Below, one piece after another: positions 26,603 through 37,673 of a stretch of DNA of 64,000 nt. The position numbers and the translations under genes were made by a program. The notes beneath the pieces are model-generated. The model made no database searches. It saw only the letters and a program-made list of their open reading frames with translations, and was not told where the DNA came from. How positions within the stretch are numbered: the stretch's first letter is position 1; each line of letters begins with the position of its first letter. Source of the DNA: Entomortierella parvispora E1425. Taxonomy: Eukaryota; Fungi; Mortierellomycota. The stretch covers positions 2,666,001-2,730,000 of the forward strand of contig BQFW01000004.1 in the NCBI GenBank assembly GCA_020891255.1. Reading direction: 5' to 3'.

Positions 26603-27226
26603 AGTAAACCCTTCCAAGTCAGGAACCATGGAAGTCAAACTCTCGAATCATTCTCAAAGGGATTGATGGGATTGATGGATCAACAAGTTGAAAAAAAAAT
26701 CGCCTCTAGCCATCTATACATGGGACAGCAAGAAAATAAAGACGATAATGTAACTGTCAGATGAAACTGGGCTATTGGATCTGTTTGAACCGCAACGGCG
26801 TGGTTAGATCCATGGGCAATCCGATAACCTTGTGAGGCATCTACAATAGCTGACGGATCGAGCGGATGTACCCTTTACCTGGACGAGTGATAAATGACAA
26901 AAAAGAAAAAGAAAAGGCATCACCTCGAAGGACGTCATCCATTTCTTTTATCTGCTATTATTTTGATGTATTGACGTCAGGTATGACATGTAGCTCTTTG
27001 CTTTCGCTATGCTTAAAGACCAGATATCATCTTCAAGGACAAGTCCTTTTCTCCTCATCGATCCAACATATCAATGATTTCAATCCATGTTTTTTTAATT
27101 GCTGAATTTACACATGTTGGAGCTCTTGCGCGGCTATTTTTTGTACACATCAATAAAAGTTGCCAATAACTGTTGAACCGCCCGCATTCGCTCCTGATTC
27201 ACTAGTCCATGCACTTGCTTCCTTCA

Positions 27227-28410
27227 TTAAAAAGAGTCATCCTCGGCAAAGAAACGAGAGTATGAGATGACTAGGCATTGACAGTAAAAATATGTAAGAT
27301 GATTATACTGAGGCGCATCATTGTCATTACAATGAAAATTTGGACATTGGTCTTACTTGTGCCGTAGATCAAAAGACCTCCTGAGATACTCATGATCATG
27401 GCTGGAACTGTGATCTACGAGTCGTCAACGGTACAAGATAGGATTGTTACTTTTCTGATGAGACACCCTTTGTAAAGCAAAGGAAACAGAGAAATGACAA
27501 TTCTGCCAAGAAATGAGGCCTTACAACGTGAGCATGAGCAAGCACGACGGGTAAGCAAAATCCAGTGACAATCATCAAGCCTGTGAGGAAGTATCCTGCA
27601 TCAGCAAAACCTCCTTGGTAATCTGACATGATGTCTTCACGACCTGCACATCTTCCAAAAATGGCGTTGGGGAGAGGAGCCAAAACGTAGGTGGCAACTA
27701 GAGTTTGAAAAAGAGATGAAAAACGCTGGGATCAGCGCCTCGACTTCAAGATAAATCCTATCGCGCTCTTTCCTGTTCTCCGACTGCTTACCGACAAAGA
27801 GAGGCCACCAATTGCTATTTCATCCAAGTTACGATAGAGTATATGTTAGGATATGACTTGGAAGGGGCAAAGAACGCATCCAGGCAATGTTTGTGATCTT
27901 CCTTACCCATAAAGAGCACACGACATGATGACGAGCAAGAAGCCCAAGGCCAGGACAAAGGAAAGTCCAATGACACTATTGTACAAGAAGGTATCAACGT
28001 CAGCTGTCATTCCTCCCAAGCCTGTCGTTACGCCTCGCTCGCAGGCAGTCCTGAGCTTTCATTTCAGCATAGTTTTCTCTGTCCACCGTGGTCCTCGTCC
28101 TCTGCTATGCACGTTCCAGTTCGTATCATCATGGGAAGCGTGTCCCTTCCAACGTACGCTAAAAGAATAATGAAGGGGTTTGAAAGAAGGCAATGGTCAG
28201 CGTGTATCCATACAACCGTTTGAGTGAGGAGCTGGGGGTCTCCTGTGCTGCATTCATGCTTTGCCTGCAGTATTGAATCTCTTGCATGAGCGCCCGCTGA
28301 CATGGACAGGAACGTCATGAGGTCACAGGTGTCGACCGTGACCAACATTGACAAGCAGGAGTCTCCAGGGACATACAAACAAGGGCGATGTCCATGCTCC
28401 AGGCATTCTT

Positions 28411-28442
<32 letters not shown>

Positions 28443-28616
28443 TTCCTGTTCAAAGGACGACATTCCTGGACCTGACAGCATCGGTAGTCCTTGCAGAGTT
28501 TGTTCGCGATGGGCTGTTTTTTTATATTCCGTCCAGCAGAGAGGCCGTCCTGTGAGAGCTGCTGCGGTGGTGGCTGTCTTTACGGTAGACATACTTTTCA
28601 AACCAGCGGTGGCCAT
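27227..28616 (-). CDS. VPS55: Vacuolar protein sorting 55 (OB-RGRP family); includes a predicted 1-nt exon at 28158
   Basis: Spliced product MATAGLKTVIGLSFVLALGFLLVIMSCALYGNWWPLFVVATYVLAPLPNAIFGRC...AGYFLTG...LPVVLAHAHVI...GGLLIYGTIISYSRFFAEDDSF. Confidence 0.92.
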
Positions 28617-28877
28617 TGTATCGTAAGGGGGTATAGAAGATAGTATGAGAGAGAGTTGAGGTAGAAGAAAGAAAGGAAAGAAGGAATCAGAGGAGAAACA
28701 ACGACGATGAGTGAAAGAATGAAGCCAGCTGCCCCCAGTCTGACCGCCAAGGACGAAGCGAACGAACGACCGCGTGACGCCAATTTTTTTTTAACTTTTT
28801 GTCTGACAGTCTGACAATGACATGCATTGAAATTGGTCGTTTATCGTTGTTCTATGGTCTCTGTTCTATGGGCACAC

Positions 28878-30281
28878 TCAGTTCCATCCTTGCTTGGCTC
28901 TGAGGGCGTCAATCTCCTTGAGGATGTCCTCTGGGAGGAAGAAATCGCGCGAGAACTCTCGCTTTCCGGGCGCGTACTGGTCCATGTTCGTGAACCCTTC
29001 CTGTCTCAGGAACAGCTCATCGACCAAAAACTGGCCTGAAAACTTGCTGGCGTCCTTCTTGAAGACCTCGTATGCGGCATCGGCCATGATCTCGGGTGTC
29101 CTCATGGTCATTTTGCTCGTATCGCCCACCAGCTTGAGGGCTGCGGTTCCGATCAAAGTCAATGGCCAGAGTGCATTGACACCAATTTTGTGCTTGCGCA
29201 ATTCGCCCGACATACCGAGAACGCACATGGACATGTTCATCTTGGACATGGTGTACGCAACATGGTGCTTGAACCACTCTTCTCTCATGGAAAGAGGTGG
29301 CGACAGGTTGAGGATATGGGGGTTACGGGCATTCTTGGCGGATTCGATCAAATGAGGGATCGCAAACTTGGAGACCATCCACGTACCGCGACCGTTGATC
29401 GAATGCATCAGATCGTACTTCTTGACGTCCGTCGCTTGAGTGTCAGTCAGACTGATGGCAGAAGCTATTTGGGTTTAGCCATGTTAGAGAAAGGCATCGA
29501 AATGACACTACCTCTAATCCTTTTGCAAGTTCATTGGCTCAGGACTCACCATTGTTCACCTACGTTTTCGGAAATGAAGTTCGATGCAATGTTAGATTTA
29601 CTTCTTCATATCAACGATAATTCCTCATCAGCAACCCCTCTGATCTACCAAGATGTCGATTCCACCAAACTTGGCCACAGTCTGGTCAATGGCGCTCTTG
29701 ACCTGGTTTTCATCTCTGATATCGCAAACAATGGGCAAAGCTGAAAGAATAAAACAAGGTCAGCGTGAAAAATTGCCCACATTGCACCCACTGATCATTT
29801 GTTTCTTCCCAGGACACCCATATCTGCAGCTTTTTTTTCTTTCACTTGGCCCTATCCTTCTTACCAGTGCCTCCGGCCTTCTCAATCTCTTCTGCAGCAG
29901 TGTAAATCGTTCCTGGGAGCTACAGCAGGGAGCGTGGGGTCAGCGACATTTTTCACGTGCAAGCATGGATCGCAACTCGCCAGCTAGATCCTTTTTTTTT
30001 TTCTTTCGGTCTTCTCCATACCGTGGGATGAGGAGTGGCGGTCTTGGCTGCGATAGCAATGCAGGCCTTATCCTTGGCAGCACGCAGGGCAATTGCGAGA
30101 CCGATACCTCTGCTGGCACCGCTGATGAAGAGAGTTTTTCCTATAATATAGTTGATCGACCACTTTTCTCGTCAGAACTCTATGCCTCTTGCTCGCCATG
30201 GCTTCCTGTATTGCAATACGAAACTCTTAAGTCGTCCTGCCAGTTTGTCTCTTGTACTCTCACGGTACCTTGAAGTGACAT
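28878..30281 (-). CDS. Short-chain dehydrogenase, HSDL2-like (no SCP2 domain), multi-exon
   Basis: MSLQGKTLFISGASRGIGLAIALRAAKD, PHPKLPGTIYTAAEEIE, LVNNASAI, DLMHSINGRGTW, HILNLSPPL, HVAYTMSK, RTPEIMADAAY. Confidence 0.92.
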
Positions 30282-31275
30282 GTCTCTGGAATAGTACTCC
30301 TGTGTTTTGCTACTTTTCTTTTTCAAGGGATGTGAAAGTGCTGGTGTTCTTTTTGAGATTGGTCTGGCAAGATCAATGAAGGTGGGATGTCGTTGTCGAA
30401 CAAGTAAGAGAGTGTGAAGAGAAGAAAGAGAACAAAAAAAAAACGGCCCGACCTTGACTTTTAACTAGATCCGATCCTGAGCCGAAAAGAAATCACCGTC
30501 ACGACGTGCAGGGCGAGTGCTTCGACACTCTCTGCGCGAACGTCCACTACCATCGCTGGGCCAACTCCCAACTACAATGAAGTGTGTTGAGAACAAAAAC
30601 GTGGACCCTGATGACGGTGACATCAGGAGCAAGAGACCGCCCAGACAACACGTTGCTCGAGACGATTGCGAGAAGACTTTGTTTTTTTGCGTCGTCTTCA
30701 CTCTGCAGCGATGACTGCTACACCCAGCAGGGACCACAGGGTATCCTCCGAACTGGATGTGCAAGGAAGCGGGTCGGGGGGTCTTCTAATTGGCCATGCG
30801 AGCTACACCCTGGCTTCTTCTCGACAACGGTCTTTCCTCGCAGACTTTGGCTAGTCATGTGACCACGGTACTTGTCCTGCTGAAGGCCGACTGAGAATGA
30901 AGGAAAGGCGGGCTTGACTTCTGGGAACCGCGACTCAGCCCAAGACTCGCGTGGCAGCTTGGGGGACCGTTGGGGGACGACGCGTGCGGGTCGTGTTACT
31001 GGGGCGGGGTGCAGAGTCAGGATGCCATGCCACCCTCGGTCATACATGCATGTGGATCAGCACCTCGTGCGTTTTTATTTCTTTGTTCTCTTTTCTATCT
31101 TTTTGTTCCGTTTCATCGGAATCATTCTGTGTGCTCTCAATCAATCCATCCATCCAACCCACCCATCCATCCTCTCCCTCCACATTGCATCGCATCCAAT
31201 CCACATCCTTTTCCTCACACGCTCCTACCCGACCCGAACCTTTGCTCTCTTCCTGCTCTCTTTCCCACGCTAGCC

Positions 31276-34200
31276 ATGGATGCGCACCATGCGAGCAATC
31301 CCTGGTCTGTCCAGCAGCCACGACCCCGCAAGCAAACCAGCTTCCATCTAATGGATGAATCCCCTCATGCAGAACCAGTCAAAAAGGATCATCTCCTTGA
31401 CAACGACGATTTCCTCACAGACCACAAAGAGGTCTTCTTCCACACACAGCAACAGCAGCAACAACTATTACAACTCCAGCACCTTCGACAGCTGCAGCAA
31501 CAGCTACAAGAGGTCCATGACCGCCAGCTGTCCACTCGTCCACATGATATAATCACCAGTGACGGACAGGAAAACCTCAACGACAGCAAGGGGTCAGGGG
31601 AGGACGATGAGGACGAGGGTGCGGATGCAGTAGAGACCGATACCGACAGCCAGGGTACAGCCTGGAGCAGCAGCAACTTGGGCATCGACTCGCCTCTGAA
31701 CGACTCGTCCTCGACCCTAGCCGACTCCATGACAGTTGTTACCTTTGTAGACTCTGACCTCGGAAGCGAAGAGGTACAACATCCCTCACCCTTATTCCCT
31801 TTTCCAATACATCTCGGATCTCGTTTTAACTCTTCCACATGCTTTCAACCCCCTTATCAACCTTCTCCACAATCCTCTATCCATCTATCCTACCTTGCCG
31901 CTATCACGAAAATCACTGTCGTCCAAAACTGACCATTCCATTCCACCGGATAGGGAGATGACGTCTTGGAGGAACTCGTCCATCAGCTCAAGTCAGAGGT
32001 CCAGGACTCTCGGGCCACCGTCTATGAACTCGAGTCAAGACTGGATATGTAAATGACAAACAAATTCGCCGGCGCAGCGACGAGGGAGCATGGTTCATGT
32101 AACTGTCTTTATGTTCATACAACTCACCTGTTGTGTTCGCTGCTCTCTATTTTGGTTAATTGTTTTGTACGATTAGGGCCGAGCATTCGAGTAGACACAT
32201 TGTGGAGGAGTTGAAATCGCTATTAGCACAGTAAGTCACCCCTGCTGTCTACGTTTTTCTTTTTTAAAGAGCAAAAAAGCATTGGGCGTTACGGAAGCAA
32301 AGGGCGATCGAGGGACAGGGAAGACAACACCGATTGCTCAGGCGAAAAAAAGCCATGACAAATCCTGTTATTTTTTCAACGCCTGCCTATTGTTGTCGGG
32401 ATGTGTTGATGAGCAGCTGCTCCTGAGGCGTGTGCGTCGGTCTTCTTTCTGGAGTGGTCGGGGGTGATATGTTGGGGACATCCATCAAAATTGCAGCGCT
32501 GTGCCTCTCTGCGGTGGCTAGGTGGTTGGGCATCAGAGCTCGATGAAGAGCAGAAACAACAATCGGGATCCCTGCATGCACCACTCCAGCCGAGGCACGC
32601 AGGACATGTAAATTCGGATGAAGGAAGCATGTGCCTATGTTATTGCGCTGCTCAAACAATAGGCGACCGACCTCTTGGCGAATTATTCACCTTGTCCTTA
32701 AACTACCTTGCTCCTGGCCTATCCATGCTCCTTTCCTCTTGCCTGCTCTTGCCAAATGGTATTCATCTCTAACCTTTTCCTCTCGATTTTTCCCTTCCAA
32801 TGCTCGACTGTGAACTTCCACCGCCTTACAGCACTGAAGAAAGTCTCGCTGCAGAAAGTGGGAACCCATTCTCCGCCTCTTACAAGAAAGTGACCAACGG
32901 TGGAGTAGAAGACTCGAACGCAGTCTACAATCGGATTTGTGTTGCCCTTCAGTCTTTAATTGACGAGGCGCAATTGGCTCTGGAAAGGACAACCAACGCG
33001 AAGCTCAACACCAGCAGTTCCGACGATGGTTCGTCTAGCACCTTGCCTGAACATCTCTCGACTCTGTCAACAGAAACCTTGAAAGAGCCTCCTTCGACAT
33101 TGAACTCCACCTCGTCTTCTGCACCTGCGACAGTACAGAGTGAAACTTTGGCGCCTGTGCCCACGGATCTAGAAGCCAACGATCTCATTCTGGAACCCCG
33201 CTCCACGCGTCGAAACTCGCTTCTCGACAAGACGCGGCCGCCCACTTCATCTTATATGCTGACATCCACCTATGGAGGCACAGACGACGTGACAAAGATT
33301 CTCTGGCGACAAAAACATGAAGAACAACATGACCGGTACAGGAGGTCATCACAGAGACTGACATTGGAGCTGGAACGGGAATTTTTACTCAGTCCACTGA
33401 CAACGGATTCAGAAGACTCGGATAGCCAATTGGTTTGGTCAACGCTACCACGGACCAGGACGACCCCCTCAGAAGTCTCGTCCGCAGCATCATCTGTACC
33501 AACCTCACCCACAACTCCAAAGGCTCTCCAGGGCATCTTGCGGTCGTCGCTGAAATCTGGAGCTAAAACGGAGCGGATGAAAAAGAGATACCAAGTTCAG
33601 TTCCTGAACCCAGATATTGAGTCTAGTCGCCACAAGGAGGAGCATTTGATTTCTTCCTCGTCAGTTTCCTCTTCTTCATCAACATCAACATCGACATCAA
33701 CCCTTTCGCCACGTCAACAGCAAAAGCAAAAACAAGAACCAGTATACCAGCCACGCCAGCAGCAGCAACAACAGCAACAGCAACAGCAACAACAACAACA
33801 ACAACAACCTGTAAGACAATATACCCATCGCAGCATCGGATCCCAAAGCGTGGCCACAAAGCGGTCAAGGGGAGCACTACTGCAACTCTATGAACTTTGG
33901 CAGCAGACGTGGTTGCGGACGCGGATCATGCATGTTATCACCGGATCGGTTGAGGTGGTCCTTATTCTCTGGGTGGTGATCCGTGCGAGCCGAGCAACAC
34001 TTACCTGGCTTGGACTTCAACCGGTGGCGAATGTGGGCGATTGGCTTTCATTGATCTATGGACATCGCGGAAGCGTAGGCTTTAGTGCCAAGGACATCTA
34101 TGCCAAGATTCTGAAGGATGGCGTCCAGATGAGACAGATCAAGGCCTGGGCTAGAAAGGAACCCGAGGCCCTCGTAGGGGATTTGGTCGCAGGAGCAGTG

Positions 34201-34332
34201 ACCTCCTCAAGTCTTCTTTCACCCTCCAAGGTGGTCTATGGGCCAGCTAAAAGGGTCATGGCCCAGGCGGCCACGGGCGTGGTCCTGGCTTACTTGTCAG
34301 ATGGAGCAAGAAGACTTATCCGGAAACTATAA
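31276..34332 (+). CDS. Hypothetical multi-exon protein, Q/S/T-rich with a coiled coil and C-terminal hydrophobic segments
   Basis: Long ORFs 30970..31932 and 32800..34332 are linked by small GT-AG-bounded exons near 31953-32048 and 32177-32231 (LEELVHQLKSEVQDSRATVYELESRL). No family recognised and internal exon structure is uncertain. Confidence 0.65.
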
Positions 34333-34831
34333 ACATCGTCCCCCTTCCCTCTCCCCTCCCTTCCTCTCCGTAAGCACTCTAGGATGCAATATACCTTTTG
34401 TAATAATATTTTCTCCTGCATTGCATAGTAATTAGACTATATTGAACAGACCGACCCTTCCTCTGTCTGCACTCAGCCCCTCAGGCGAGGACGGTGGTTC
34501 TATTTTGATGGCCTCTTGTGAATTGGGGCCTCGTGATGAGCCTCCCTTGGCCATTGTTGCATGTAAATTGGGGAACAACCTCCTGCTCACTCTTGGCCTT
34601 GAGGGCCAACGTTTGGAACAACAACCATGTGCTCAACTCGCTCATGTAGCTTTGTCATTCGAGGATTTGTCTAGACTCGGTTCTATTTATTCTTCACCCG
34701 CCACCCTTTTTTTTTTTTTTTGCCCTCTTCCTTTGAGATGCGCTATCCCAAGGGTCAGACGACAGAGAAAACAGCCTGGTGCTACAGGGATGGAGGATGC
34801 GAAATAGATGGATAGAAATAGAAAGAGGCCA

Positions 34832-36403
34832 CTAAAAGGCTCCAGTCGAGACCCAGAACCGGCGCGTAACAGACTCGTACCGATCAATGACCCTTCCTCC
34901 TATAGGAAACTCCCATCCTTCTGTATGGTCGCCATGGGTAGATCGTATCCTGGACGCAGCCATGTGCAACTTGTCGGCCGTGTCGTCCTCCTCCTCCTTC
35001 TCCCCTGCCATGTGCAAATCTTCTACCTCGACCACGACCATTTGGACCCTTAACCGGTACTGATCAGGCTCCACTCGATCCAAGATCTGAAGGTACTGAA
35101 ACCGGGTTTCTGCAGGGACGTTCCTGGCTAGGACCGAGACCGTTTCTAGGGTATCATGCCTGACTAGTTCAATCAACAGCTTTGCGAGGTAGGTCTTTGT
35201 GTTCTTCCGCAACGTCTGTTGGACCGCCTGGTACTGCTCCCGATCCAGGCGCCGACCCTGTGTCCTTCTGATCAGTCGCAGGCGGGCGTCCGTGTAGTCC
35301 AAAAGCTCTGCGACTCTCTCCGGGATACGCCATTCCAGCGTATAGGGGGTCAAGAGGTACACTTTTTGGTAGAGCCCCAGCGTGTGCTCCAGTTCCAAGG
35401 GCAGGACCACGGATGGATATTCCTGGCGCATCTCGTTGGGTAAGAAATCCATGGAGCGGTCCTCTGAACTGCCTAGATAATAATCATCCCCGTACATGTC
35501 CACAGGGGTTCCAGAGATGTGAGCTCCTGCTGGGACGATAATTGTCTTTCTCCTGAGGCCAGGTTCACCGTTGCTAACATCGTCGTCGCTCACATCCTCG
35601 TCCTGGCTATTTCTGCCGGGGGAAATGTCGTTGTTGATTTTGTTATCTCGGTTGATCCCTGCGGGTGGAGGATTATTCCCCCGCTCCACCCTGGGCTGCA
35701 CATGAGAGATGTGAATGTCGGCTCTCTTCACAATGGTGGAACTGCTTGAGGATCCCTCATTGGCGACCTGGTCCACCTGTGTTGTCTCTGAGGAGGAGGA
35801 CGATGAAGACAGTTTTGATTCTGAAGAGGCTGTTTGTGCTTTTTTAGAGATCTCAATCTCGACCGCGACCTCCAAAGGACTCTTTCCCAGGAACAACTCG
35901 AGAGCGAGGACATGGGGCCCAGAGCTGGTGGTGGGGACCTTTATCTGGGCCTTGCCCTTCCGGAAGGGAATGAACCGTTTGAGAGAGACCAGTTTCCGAT
36001 TTGTGATCGGGTCCAGGAGGACGATATCAACGGTGGTGGCCTTGGGGAGGTCAGAGGCGTATTTTTTAGACCATTGCACCAGTTGAGAGGTGCCTGCGGG
36101 CCAGACAGTATGGGGACTGGGATGGAGGAGAAGAGGAGAGAGTGGAGAGAGTGGAGAGGAGGAGGATTCCTGCAGGGTCTTGCGTTTAACTTTTGCTGCA
36201 CGATTACGGTTGGATGACGACCTGGAGGAATGTGGTGAGGGAGGGAGGATAGGAGAGGCGTCTATTGAATGTGAAGAAGAAGAGGAGGAAAGAGAAGGGA
36301 GTGCAGATGTGGCGGTGGTGGCGGTGGAAGTAGAGGTAGATAGGGCCAAGAGGCCAAAGAGAGAGAAGACCAGGCTCGAGCTGAGCGTGGTCGCAAGTCT
36401 CAT
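34832..36403 (-). CDS. Hypothetical secreted protein, signal peptide plus Ser/Thr-rich linker and a putative beta-sandwich domain, intronless
   Basis: MRLATTLSSSLVFSLFGLLALS signal peptide. The segment VWPAGTSQLVQW...TTVDIVLLD resembles the fungal Kre9/Knh1-like N-terminal (GPI-anchored_2) domain. Confidence 0.65.
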   Translation of the reverse strand: MRLATTLSSSLVFSLFGLLALSTSTSTATTATSALPSLSSSSSSHSIDASPILPPSPHSSRSSSNRNRAAKVKRKTLQESSSSPLSPLSPLLLHPSPHTVWPAGTSQLVQWSKKYASDLPKATTVDIVLLDPITNRKLVSLKRFIPFRKGKAQIKVPTTSSGPHVLALELFLGKSPLEVAVEIEISKKAQTASSESKLSSSSSSSETTQVDQVANEGSSSSSTIVKRADIHISHVQPRVERGNNPPPAGINRDNKINNDISPGRNSQDEDVSDDDVSNGEPGLRRKTIIVPAGAHISGTPVDMYGDDYYLGSSEDRSMDFLPNEMRQEYPSVVLPLELEHTLGLYQKVYLLTPYTLEWRIPERVAELLDYTDARLRLIRRTQGRRLDREQYQAVQQTLRKNTKTYLAKLLIELVRHDTLETVSVLARNVPAETRFQYLQILDRVEPDQYRLRVQMVVVEVEDLHMAGEKEEEDDTADKLHMAASRIRSTHGDHTEGWEFPIGGRVIDRYESVTRRFWVSTGAF

Positions 36404-36516
36404 GGCTTGAAGCGAAAAGAGATGAAAAGAGGAGGGGAGATGACAGGAAAGAGAAAGGATGAATGCTGGCAATGAAGCAATGGAGAGGAGAGAGGAGAGG
36501 GATGAGAGATGACTTA

Positions 36517-37318
36517 AGGAAGGAAGGAAGGAAGGAAGGAAGGAAGGAAGGAAAGAACTAAAAGAGAGGAGACAGGAGAGAAGGAGAGAGAAAGAAAGAA
36601 AGAAGGAAAAAGAGGAAAAGAAAAAGAAAAGAGGCAGCAGACCCCGCCGCTTCCAAGTTTGGCGCAAAGGGCACCAGCAGGGGGAGAGAGAGCGAGAAGG
36701 CGAGAAGGAGCTTTTCTGTCAAATTGCAATTTGTGTTGTTGGTTTGGGTTCAGTGGTTGTCCGAGCGGGGGCCAATGGCCAATCCCGAGAGCAGGCTGCT
36801 TCCCTTGAGGACGTTGGGGACGTTGGGGATGTTGGGGACGTTGGGGACGGGCACACACGGCATGGGCAGGCAGGCAGCTGCAGGGGACCGGGCGCAGGAG
36901 GAAGAGGAAGAGGGGCTCCTCTTGACCGAGAAAGCATGGGATGGGATGGGATGGGATGCCTTGACCGAGAAAGAAGGAAACGAACGAACGAACAAAAGAA
37001 GGAAACGAACGAACGAACAAAAAAAAAAAGCGACAGACGCCACCAAAGAGTTGCCACCAAATCACTTTTGGACCATCGCCCCCCCTCTTTCCCTTCCCTT
37101 CCGTCATGACTGAACGTGAATGAATGCCTGAACTCATTTGACTTTGATTCCCTTCTTCTTTGTCTTTGTCCTCCTTCCCTTCCTCACCCTTGGGTCTTTT
37201 GCAAACTGTTCCCTGCCTCTTGGCCCGACTCGCATCCACCTCAAAACAACCGACACGCCTGAACCATCCACGGTCCTCACTGTCCTCACTGTCCTCACTG
37301 TCCTCACTGTCCTCATTG
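36517..37318. repeat. Cluster of short tandem repeats in a divergent intergenic region: (GGAA)n, (GGGGACGTT)x4-5, (GGGAT)n, (GAAC)n, (GTCCTCACT)x5
   Basis: Visible at about 36517-36553, 36808-36850, 36938-36957, 36980-37018 and 37273-37318. Confidence 0.85.
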
Positions 37319-37673
37319 CTCTGCGTTGCCACCATTCCCCCTGTCCTTCATTCCTGCCTATTTGCTGCCTTGCTTGATTCAACTTCAACTTCATTCCTTC
37401 AGCAGGTAAGACCTCAATGTTGCCGATGGATCCCGTCGAAGGGAACTCCTCTCTCAATGATCGCGTGCATTCGACCCAAAATGTCAAACATTGTCCCATT
37501 GGCAGCTGTTTGGCCTCCTGCCGGGTGAACCCCTTTGCAAAAAAACATTAAAACGCGCCTCCCTTCTTCTCTCCTGTCCTCTCCTGTCCTGTCCTCGTTT
37601 CTTGTCGCCCTGTAATGCCGGGCTTCCGTAACGGCTCTCTTGGGAAACAGCTCGAGAAAACAATCACACCGCA

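Noticed and set aside
36514-37499. ORFs in the repeat-rich intergenic region
   Set aside because: The translations mirror the tandem repeats and show no protein-like features.
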